From: Methanobrevibacter sp. OttesenSCG-928-I08
GTDB lineage: Archaea; Methanobacteriota; Methanobacteria; Methanobacteriales; Methanobacteriaceae
Reading direction: 5' to 3'
Length of the DNA stretch: 50,857 nt
NCBI GenBank assembly: GCA_030266405.1
Contig: JAJDHW010000001.1
Location: 1 to 50,857 of the forward strand
A model generated the notes under the pieces. The model worked only from the letters and a program-made list of their open reading frames with translations. It ran no database searches and was not told the DNA's origin. Each line of letters begins with the position of its first letter. The first letter of the stretch is position 1. Positions 28,038-36,363 of this stretch are shown piece by piece. The position numbers and the translations under genes were made by a program.

Positions 28038-31000
28038 ATGAAATATCAAAAGATAGTTCAAACAGGAATATTTTTAATGATATTACTGTTTTCAATAAAC
28101 TTAGTATCTGCAGAAGGAGACTTCTCAACACTAGAAGAAAAAATAAATAACGAACAAACTAACGAAGTAAATTTAGAAGAAAATTACACTTATAATAAAA
28201 GCACCGACAATAAATTTTACCATGGTGTGAGCATATATAGAAGTAATTTTACAATAAACGGAAATGGCTTTACAATTAATGCAAATAATGAATCACGAAT
28301 ATTTAAAATACGTGGAGAGAACATAACAATCAAAAACCTAAACTTTATAAATGGAAATCATTATGAAGGAGGAGCAATCTACAACAAAGAAACTAATGGT
28401 TTAACAATAATCAATTGTGTATTTGCCAATAATACAGGAAGAGATGGAGGAGCAATACTTAACCATAACAGTAATATTGTGATAAATAACAGCATATTCA
28501 ACAACAACACAGCCAAAGAAGGAGGAGCAATACAGAACTATTTATACAATAATTTTAAAGGAAATAACAACATATTCACCAACAACAATGCAAAAAAAGG
28601 AGGAGCAATCAGTGATCTTTTAACTACAAGTTTTACAATGACTAACAGTACATTCACCAACAACACAGCAATAGAAGGAGGAGCTGTTAAATGTCTTTTA
28701 ACTAATAATTATACTGTAATCAATTGTATATTTAGAAATAATAATGTAAGTACAACTGGTGGAGCAATTTTAAGTACTGCATCAACTAATATAACATTAA
28801 TTCATTGTATATTCACCAACAACACTGCAAATGAAAAAGGCGGAGCAATCGATAAACATTTATGTATGGATTTCATAATAACTAACAACACATTTACCAA
28901 CAACAATGCAAAGAAAAATGGTGGAGCAATCAACAGTGATAATGGAGGTTATAATTTCACAATAACTAACAGCACATTCACAAACAACAAAGCAATAGAA
29001 TATGGTGGAGCAATCAACAATGATTTAGGATCTCAAAACTTAACAATAAACAATTGTACATTCACAAACAACAAAGCAAATGAAGGTGGAGCAATCAATA
29101 ATAAAGATGGAGGCTACTATTTAATAATAAATAACAGCACATTCACCAACAACAAAGCAGGAGAAAATGGAGGAGCAATCAATAATAACCACGGTGGTTA
29201 TTACTTAATAATAACTAACAGTATATTTATCAAAAATACTGCAACTAAAAAAGGTGGAGGAATATACAATAGCAATTCTAAATATATCATAATAAATGAC
29301 AGTTCATTCACAAGTAATAATGCAACATATGGTGGAGCAATCCATATAACTGAAATGTTTACTGATAATTTTACAATAAACAACTGTACCTTTAACAATA
29401 ACATTGCAATTGAAGATGGTGGAGCAATAGTAAGTTATTGTCTTAATTTTTTAATAAGCAAATCTACATTTATTAACAACCAAGCAGATGAAGGTGGAGC
29501 AATATATATTGCATTAAGTAATAGTAAAATAAGTAATAATAATTTCAACAACAACGAAGCAAATTATGGTGGAGCAATATATGCACTAACAAACTATGAA
29601 ACAAAAATAACTAGTAATGCATTTGAAGACAATTATGCAAAAGAAGGTGGAGCAATATACAACATCAAAAGTAATGAAACAAACATAGATAATAATGAAT
29701 TCACTGAAAACCATGCAGACTACGGAGGAGCAATATATTCTCTCAAAAACAATGAAACACTAATAACTATTAATAATTTTACTAATAACCATGCAAAATA
29801 CGGTGGGGCAATATACAACATCAAAAACAATAAAACAGACATAGATAATAATGAATTCACTGAAAATGAAGCAAAATTTGGTGGAGCAATATACAACATC
29901 AAAAGTAATGAAACAACAATAAACAACAACAAATTCACTGAAAACAAAGCAGCCTACGGAGGATCATTATATAGTATTTATAATAACAATTCTAAAATAG
30001 ACAATAATCAATTTAGTAAAAACACTGCAATTCATGAAGGCGGTGCAATTTATGAATTAAATAATGTAAATTACACCATATACAATAACACATTCATAGA
30101 AAACAATGCAAATGAAACAGGTGGAGCAATTGCAAACTATAATACTATCAATCTAAAAATAAATAATAGTACTTTCATTAAAAATCATGCAAAAGAAGGT
30201 GAGGCAATTTTCAATGTGAAAAGTGATTCTATAATCAGTCAAAGTAGCTTCATGAGTAACACCACAAATGAGAATATTATTTATAATAATGGAAAATATG
30301 AAATTTTAAGCATAATTGATTGTATTTTTAAATCATCTAATGAAAAAATTTTAATTTATAATGAAGGTAATTTATTTTTAGAACAAAATAAGATGATTAG
30401 TGATAATCCTGAGAAAATCTATAATAATGGAACTATTACAAGTAATATGACTTTAACTATTTTAAATAATGAAACAATTTACTCAGCATGCGGTAGTAAT
30501 GTCAATTTAACTGCAGTTATAACTGATGATAATGGAAATATAATAGTAGGTCAAAATATTACATTAAATGTTAATCAAATTGGCGAATTCATATTATCTA
30601 ACTATTATAAAGGAATTTATAATTATTTAATTGTAATTAATCAAAAAGGAATATTTCCAGTTACAGGATCATATGAGGGTGGAAGAACTATAGTTAAAAT
30701 AGGAATATTAGATAGTACAAAAAAGAATCCTATTTTTACAATTGAAAGTAAAAACACTGTCTATGGAGAAAACCAAACAATCATAATCACATTCGAAAAC
30801 GACGAAACAGGAAACGTAACAATAGGTAGTAAAACAGTCAACATAATCAATGGAAAAGCAACATTCGACAACCTAGGACTAAACGCCGGGACCCATACAC
30901 TAACAATAACATACAACGGAGATGAAAACTACAACAAACTAGAAAAACAATACACAATCACAATAAACAAAACAAACACCAACTTCACCATAAAAACAGA

Positions 31001-32504
31001 AAACATGATTTATGGAGAAAACCAAACAATCACAATATATTTCAAAGGTAACGAAACAGGAAACGTAACAATAGGTAGCAAAACAGTAAACATAATAAAT
31101 GGAAAAGCAACATTCAACAACCTAGGACTAAACGCTGGAACACAGACACTAACAATAACATACAACGGAGATGAAAACTACAACAAACTAGAAAAACAAT
31201 ACACAATCACAATAAACAAAACAAACACCAACTTCACCATAAAAACAGAAAACATGATTTATGGAGAAAACCAAACAATCACAATATATTTCGAAGGTAA
31301 CGAAACAGGAAACATAACAATAAACAGCAAAACAGCACAAATAATCAATGGAAAAGCAACAATTTCTAATTTAGAATTATCTAGTGGACACCATGATTTA
31401 TTAATTTCATACAGTGGAGATAAAAACTTTAATGGACTTGAAAAAAGTCAAAATATTTTTGTTGATAAAGCTGATGTTTTTTTAATTGGAGAAAATATTA
31501 GCATATTTTATAAAAGTGGAGAAGAATACATTGTTACTTTAAAAGATAAACATGGAAATATTTTAAAAAATATGACTGTTTATTTAACTGTTAATAATAT
31601 AACTTATAAAAAAGCTACAAATGATAAAGGTGAAGCTTGTTTATGTATTAATCTAAATCCAGGAAATTATATAGTATTTGTTAATTTTAATGAATCTGAA
31701 AATTATAATGAAGCTAAAACTAATAACACAATTGAAGTTTTAAGTAGAATCATAGGTAATGATATTGAAAAATATTATAAAAATGGCACACATTATTATG
31801 TAAAGCTATTAGATGAAAATGGAAAGCCATTAACTAATGTTACTGTATGTATAAATATCAATGGTAGATGTTATTATAAAACAACTAACAATACTGGAAT
31901 AGCTAAATTAAACATTAATTTAAATCCAGGAAATTATGAACTAAGTGTTTCACACCCAATTACAAATGAAACTATAACTAATTTAGTTTCTGTTTATTCT
32001 ACAATTAATGCAAGTGATTTAACTAAATATTATTGTAATGATTCGCAATACTATGTGAAATTATTAGATAATCTAGGTAATCCTTTAAATAATAGTATTG
32101 TTACTATGAATGTTAATGGAAAATTCTATAATAAATCAACAAACAATGAAGGAATAGCTAAATTAGATATAAAATTAAATCCTGGAGAATATAAATTAAC
32201 TGTTTCACATCCAATTAATGGTGAGAGATTAACAAATATCATTAAAGTTTTACCAACAGTCATAGGGCATGATGTAACTATGAATAAAGGAGAAAATAAA
32301 ACATATGATATAGAAGTATTTGATTGTGAAGGAAATCCTTTTGCTAATCAAACTGTTATTATAAACATACATGGAATCTTTTATAACAAGACTACTAAAT
32401 CAGATGGAAAAGTTAAATTAAATATTACTCTCGATTCAGGAAGTTATATTGCAACAGCAACATCTAATGGATATTCAACTTCAAATATAATAAGAGTTTT
32501 ATAA
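28038..32504 (+). CDS. Adhesin-like protein (GGAI beta-helix repeats plus Ig-like domains)
   Basis: Signal peptide ending VSA; many FxNNxAxxGGAI repeats; YNGDENYN Ig-like repeats; C-terminal INLNPGxY repeats; AGGAG RBS. Confidence 0.92.
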   Translation: MKYQKIVQTGIFLMILLFSINLVSAEGDFSTLEEKINNEQTNEVNLEENYTYNKSTDNKFYHGVSIYRSNFTINGNGFTINANNESRIFKIRGENITIKNLNFINGNHYEGGAIYNKETNGLTIINCVFANNTGRDGGAILNHNSNIVINNSIFNNNTAKEGGAIQNYLYNNFKGNNNIFTNNNAKKGGAISDLLTTSFTMTNSTFTNNTAIEGGAVKCLLTNNYTVINCIFRNNNVSTTGGAILSTASTNITLIHCIFTNNTANEKGGAIDKHLCMDFIITNNTFTNNNAKKNGGAINSDNGGYNFTITNSTFTNNKAIEYGGAINNDLGSQNLTINNCTFTNNKANEGGAINNKDGGYYLIINNSTFTNNKAGENGGAINNNHGGYYLIITNSIFIKNTATKKGGGIYNSNSKYIIINDSSFTSNNATYGGAIHITEMFTDNFTINNCTFNNNIAIEDGGAIVSYCLNFLISKSTFINNQADEGGAIYIALSNSKISNNNFNNNEANYGGAIYALTNYETKITSNAFEDNYAKEGGAIYNIKSNETNIDNNEFTENHADYGGAIYSLKNNETLITINNFTNNHAKYGGAIYNIKNNKTDIDNNEFTENEAKFGGAIYNIKSNETTINNNKFTENKAAYGGSLYSIYNNNSKIDNNQFSKNTAIHEGGAIYELNNVNYTIYNNTFIENNANETGGAIANYNTINLKINNSTFIKNHAKEGEAIFNVKSDSIISQSSFMSNTTNENIIYNNGKYEILSIIDCIFKSSNEKILIYNEGNLFLEQNKMISDNPEKIYNNGTITSNMTLTILNNETIYSACGSNVNLTAVITDDNGNIIVGQNITLNVNQIGEFILSNYYKGIYNYLIVINQKGIFPVTGSYEGGRTIVKIGILDSTKKNPIFTIESKNTVYGENQTIIITFENDETGNVTIGSKTVNIINGKATFDNLGLNAGTHTLTITYNGDENYNKLEKQYTITINKTNTNFTIKTENMIYGENQTITIYFKGNETGNVTIGSKTVNIINGKATFNNLGLNAGTQTLTITYNGDENYNKLEKQYTITINKTNTNFTIKTENMIYGENQTITIYFEGNETGNITINSKTAQIINGKATISNLELSSGHHDLLISYSGDKNFNGLEKSQNIFVDKADVFLIGENISIFYKSGEEYIVTLKDKHGNILKNMTVYLTVNNITYKKATNDKGEACLCINLNPGNYIVFVNFNESENYNEAKTNNTIEVLSRIIGNDIEKYYKNGTHYYVKLLDENGKPLTNVTVCININGRCYYKTTNNTGIAKLNINLNPGNYELSVSHPITNETITNLVSVYSTINASDLTKYYCNDSQYYVKLLDNLGNPLNNSIVTMNVNGKFYNKSTNNEGIAKLDIKLNPGEYKLTVSHPINGERLTNIIKVLPTVIGHDVTMNKGENKTYDIEVFDCEGNPFANQTVIINIHGIFYNKTTKSDGKVKLNITLDSGSYIATATSNGYSTSNIIRVL
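30762..31360 (+). repeat. 249-bp (83-aa) near-identical tandem duplication of an Ig-like domain
   Basis: TATGGAGAAAACCAAACAATC at 30762, 31011 and 31260. Confidence 0.92.
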
Positions 32505-32655
32505 ACTCTTATACTTCTTTTTTAAATAATTTATTTTAGAAATATCTAAAAATTTATAATTGATATAAGAAAGATTAAAATTATTATTCACTATATATGA
32601 AAAAAATTAAAATATAAAAATGTTTAAAAAAAAAAAAAGAAAAAATTATTAAATA

Positions 32656-33051
32656 TTAATTTCGTCCATGGCGGTATCCATGACCATTTTCACCATGATG
32701 AGCGTAGGAATTAGGTGTTTGTTGTGATTTCTGATTATAATTAGGACAATCTGGATAATTATCACAATAATTGTTATTATGATTATGCCCATAATTATTA
32801 TTTACTGTGTTTTCTTTATAATTATAGTTGTTATTTGCTTGATTGGTATTTTCTTTAGATGTACCACTATACAAAAATTTGCAATAATCATTTCTACAAT
32901 CATCATAATTAGGACAATATGTATTAGGAGTTTTTACAAGATTCTTAGATTGAGCCTGATTATTATCAAAACTATAAGAAGTAACTGCAACGATTCCTAC
33001 TAAAACTACAAAAACCATGATTATAGCAAATATAATTTTTTTATTAACCAC
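32656..33051 (-). CDS. Membrane-anchored/secreted Asn/His/Cys-rich hypothetical protein
   Basis: GGAGGTGG RBS, GTG start, N-terminal hydrophobic helix, CPNY motif twice, His/Gly-rich tail. Confidence 0.75.
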   Translation of the reverse strand: MVNKKIIFAIIMVFVVLVGIVAVTSYSFDNNQAQSKNLVKTPNTYCPNYDDCRNDYCKFLYSGTSKENTNQANNNYNYKENTVNNNYGHNHNNNYCDNYPDCPNYNQKSQQTPNSYAHHGENGHGYRHGRN

Positions 33052-33188
33052 ATTACCACCTCCTTTAAAAACTGATACATTAATATATGGTTTAAGTAGT
33101 ATATATTTCTTGTGGATTCTTATTTAATAAAAATAAGAAAAAATTTTAAAAAAAACTTTATTTAAATTAAAATAAATTCAGATTCATT

Positions 33189-33898
33189 ATGAAAAATAAT
33201 CATAACATTATAAAAAATCTAATTAAATCATTAGAAAATTCATCTGAAGAAAAAAGATTAGAATACGGACTTAAATCCTATCCAAGTAAACTTAAAATAA
33301 TTGGCGTTAATTCTAAAAATCAAGACCTTATTTTAAAAGATATGAAAATAGAAACAAAAGATTATAATGTTGATGATAAAATTGAATTTACAAAAGAGCT
33401 AGTTTCAACAGATATTTTTGAAGTTCATAGAATAGCTTATAAGTATTTAGGTTCTTATAAAAATGTTTTAGATAAATTAACAATTGAGGATATTGAATTT
33501 TTAGGTCAAAATCTTGATAATTGGGTTTTAGTAGATTATATTCTATAAATATTATTGGATATTGCCTAAGAGAAGGAAAAATAGATCTTGAATTTGTTAA
33601 AGATTATTTTAAATCTAGTAATGTTTGGATACGTAGAATTCCACTTTCAGCAACAATAGCTCTTAATCAAAAAGCTAATGGTGGAAAAGGAGATCCTAAA
33701 AGAACTTTAGAAATATGTGCCTTGGCAGTTAATGATTATGAAGCTATGATAAGTAAAGCTCTTTCTTGGGCACTTAGAGAACTTGTAAAAGTAGATAAAG
33801 ATTCTGTTGTGAAGTTTATAAATAGCTATGAAAAAGAATTAGATAAAAAAGTATTAAGAGAAGTTAGAAAAAAGATTGAAACTGGGAAGAAAATTTAA
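33189..33898 (+). pseudogene. Frameshifted DNA alkylation repair enzyme (AlkD-like HEAT repeat)
   Basis: ORFs 33189-33548 and 33521-33898 join into one protein (LDNWVLVD.. / YSINIIG..VWIRR..KALSWALRE); frameshift near 33536-33545. Confidence 0.75.
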
Positions 33899-33902
33899 AT
33901 TA

Positions 33903-34589
33903 TTAAATTTTACTTACCAAATCAAGTAAAGCTTCTTTAGGATTATCTGCTTTTATAATACCTGATGCAAGTAAAACTCCTTCTGCACCTAATTCAATAG
34001 CTTGAGCCATATCTTCTCCAGTTGATATTCCTGCACCACATAAAACTTTAACATCTTTATTAATTTTTCGAACATTCTTAACTGAGCCTTCAACAACTTC
34101 AGGTTCTGCTTTTGAAACTGGAATTCCTGTACCGATTAATTCAGGAGGTTCAATAGCTACAAATGTAGGATTTAAACTAGCTGCTGCCATACTAGTTGAA
34201 ACATTATTTGAACAAATACATGAAATCAACTGATTTTCATTTAATTTTTGTGTAATTAAATCAATATCTGCAAGTTCCATTCTTTTCTCAGAATGATTTA
34301 ATAAACTACCATCAATACCATTATCAAGTAAAGTTTCAAATAAATTAGCTCCTGTATTTCCTCCAGGACTTATAGGATCAATATGTTGAGATAAAAGTAA
34401 AATTGAAGTTTCATCTTTAATTCTATAAATATCTGCTGCTTGAGGAGATGCTACCATAGTTATACCTGATTCTTCACCAGCACTTTCAAGAGCTTTTGCT
34501 AAATTTAATGCATTTTCTCCACTTGATTCTAAATAAGTTTTAAAATTTAATATGACAATAGGACTTTTAAGTTTATACAGTTGAATCAC
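33903..34589 (-). CDS. tpiA: Triosephosphate isomerase (archaeal type)
   Basis: NFKTY, LLNHSE, AIEPPELIGTG, LCGAGI, GVLLASG. Confidence 0.97.
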   Translation of the reverse strand: MIQLYKLKSPIVILNFKTYLESSGENALNLAKALESAGEESGITMVASPQAADIYRIKDETSILLLSQHIDPISPGGNTGANLFETLLDNGIDGSLLNHSEKRMELADIDLITQKLNENQLISCICSNNVSTSMAAASLNPTFVAIEPPELIGTGIPVSKAEPEVVEGSVKNVRKINKDVKVLCGAGISTGEDMAQAIELGAEGVLLASGIIKADNPKEALLDLVSKI

Positions 34590-34695
34590 CTTTTTAAAGA
34601 TTTTTAATATATTAATATTTATTAAAAAGAATTTATTTAAAATTTTGTTTTTTTAAGACAAAATTTAAAAGATTGAAATAATAAAAATAATTTTA

Positions 34696-35610
34696 ATGAC
34701 ACTTTCTCACGATGCACGAAAAAAACTAGAGTATAGTGGATATAGATTTGTAGGAGATTATAAACATTCTGCTGTTAAAATCTGCCATTGGACAAGACAA
34801 AGCCTTTTAGATAAAGGAGTTTGTTATAAGGAAAAGTTTTATGGAATTGAAAGTCATAGATGTCTTCAAATGTCACCAGCTGTTCCATTTTGTCAGCAAA
34901 AATGTGAATTTTGTTGGAGAGATTTCTCAAATAGTCAATCCAAATGGTCTGGTGAATATGATGAACCTGGAATTATTATAGATGAAGCTATTGAAGCTCA
35001 AAATAAATTATTATGTGGATTTTTTGGTAATGATAATGCAAATAAAGATAAATTATTAGAATCTAAAACCCCAACAAATGCAGCTATTTCACTAGCAGGC
35101 GAACCTACATTATACCCTGAAATTAGTCAGTTGATTCAGGAATTTAAAAAAAGAAATTTTACAACATTTCTTGTAAGTAATGGTCAGTTTGTTGAAAAAT
35201 TAAAAAACCTAGAAACAGAACCATACCAACTATACCTATCCTTAGACGCACCTGACAAAAAAACATATGATGAATTATGCAACCCACAAATAAAAGATGG
35301 TTGGAACAATTTAAATGAATCACTAGAAACACTAAGTAGTTTTCAAAGTAGAACATGTATAAGAGTAACCACAGTTAAAGGCAAAAACATGATAAATCCT
35401 AAAGAGTATGGAAAATTAATTGAAAAAGCAGATCCTAACTTTGTAGAGATAAAAGCTTACATGTGTGTAGGCTCATCAAGAGATAGATTAACACTCGATA
35501 ACATGCCAACATTCGATGAAGTAGTTGATTTTGCAACAAAAATAGGAGAAGAATGCGGAAGAGAAATAGTAAATGACTCTGAAATAAGTCGAGTAGTACT
35601 TCTAGAATAA
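34696..35610 (+). CDS. taw1: 4-demethylwyosine synthase (radical SAM, TYW1/Taw1)
   Basis: KICHWT, CYKEKFYGIESHRCLQM, CQQKCEFCWR, AISLAGEPTLYP, EIKAYM. Confidence 0.95.
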   Translation: MTLSHDARKKLEYSGYRFVGDYKHSAVKICHWTRQSLLDKGVCYKEKFYGIESHRCLQMSPAVPFCQQKCEFCWRDFSNSQSKWSGEYDEPGIIIDEAIEAQNKLLCGFFGNDNANKDKLLESKTPTNAAISLAGEPTLYPEISQLIQEFKKRNFTTFLVSNGQFVEKLKNLETEPYQLYLSLDAPDKKTYDELCNPQIKDGWNNLNESLETLSSFQSRTCIRVTTVKGKNMINPKEYGKLIEKADPNFVEIKAYMCVGSSRDRLTLDNMPTFDEVVDFATKIGEECGREIVNDSEISRVVLLE

Positions 35611-35619
35611 TTTTCTAAA

Positions 35620-35657
35620 TTTTAGAGGTGAAAGTGAAAAAATTTATTAATAAAATT
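35620..35657 (+). repeat. 38-bp direct repeat, left copy (also inverted relative to 35782-35808)
   Basis: TTTTAGAGGTGAAAGTGAAAAAATTTATTAATAAAATT; 36/38 identical to 37562-37599. Confidence 0.85.
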
Positions 35658-35686
35658 TATATATTATTAAAAATATATAATAACTT

Positions 35687-35785
35687 GTAATAGTTAAGGG
35701 GAATTAGCCCCTTAATCTATTTGAACTGTTTGAGTATTTCAAGTGCTAACTTTATGATACTCAACAGTTCTAACAAGTTTTTTTT
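35687..35785 (+). ncRNA. Putative cis-antisense RNA (antitoxin candidate); ends are approximate
   Basis: TTTATATA box at 35656-35663 upstream; two hairpins (35694-35715 and 35723-35770); T8 tract at 35778-35785; antisense to most of the small ORF. Confidence 0.4.
35694..35715. terminator. Perfect 8-bp hairpin TTAAGGGG/CCCCTTAA
   Basis: Lies immediately after the TAG of the minus-strand peptide ORF. Confidence 0.6.
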
Positions 35786-35800
35786 ATTAATTTTTTTCAC
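35717..35800 (-). CDS. 27-aa amphipathic peptide (type I toxin candidate) MKKINKKNLLELLSIIKLALEILKQFK
   Basis: Hand translation; GGAGGTGA RBS overlaps the GTG at 35800 (ATT at 35791 is better spaced); TAG at 35717-35719; own TATA box upstream. Confidence 0.6.
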   Translation of the reverse strand: MKKINKKNLLELLSIIKLALEILKQFK

Positions 35801-35854
35801 CTCCAAAACGGAAGCAATATATCTGCCCCCTAAGGATTAATTTATATTTAATAT

Positions 35855-35870
35855 CATATAAATCTTTATT
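35855..35870 (-). promoter_or_regulatory. Putative BRE/TATA promoter of the small-peptide transcript
   Basis: Minus strand AATAAAGA-TTTATATG, about 25 nt upstream of the GGGGGCAG 5' hairpin. Confidence 0.5.
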
Positions 35871-36089
35871 TTATTAATTAAATAGCTTAAAATAGATAAA
35901 AAACACAATATTTAATTATAATTACAATATTTTCATTTTAAATCAATGAAAAAGAATTATTAAAAAAAATATTTATTTATAATATATAGGGAAAAATCGG
36001 AAATATCTCTAAATAATTTATATTGTTTTAATTTAATAATTTTCTAAGAAAGAACATTGTTAAAAATGGAAAAATAAAAAAAGAAGTAA

Positions 36090-36233
36090 TTATAAATAAT
36101 TTGGTTCAAATCTATCACAAGAAAAAGTGTCACCTGTTTCTTCACCTGTTAGAGTACATCCGTTCTCCCATCGACCGCCCCTGTAATAATCATCTACTAA
36201 ACCATAGTGTTTACAATCTTTACAAAAACCCAT
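36090..36233 (-). CDS. 47-aa four-cysteine microprotein MGFCKDCKHYGLVDDYYRGGRWENGCTLTGEETGDTFSCDRFEPNYL
   Basis: Hand translation; AGTGA RBS-like sequence, GC-elevated coding patch in AT-rich DNA, CxxC...C...C pattern, T-tract right after the stop. Confidence 0.7.
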   Translation of the reverse strand: MGFCKDCKHYGLVDDYYRGGRWENGCTLTGEETGDTFSCDRFEPNYL

Positions 36234-36363
36234 AATAAATCACTAATATATTATCTGTTTTTTAGATTATTTATATTTATCAATTCACAATAATAACTAG
36301 TAAAAATGATTTTGAAATAAATCATGTTGTTTAACTAAAATAAAATGATTTTCTAAAAATATT

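Noticed and set aside
35634-35690. Tiny plus-strand ORF MKKFINKIYILLKIYNNL after a GAGGTG sequence
   Set aside because: The RBS-like sequence is explained as the complement of the fold-back element; the second repeat copy loses the RBS and GTG; low-complexity AT sequence.
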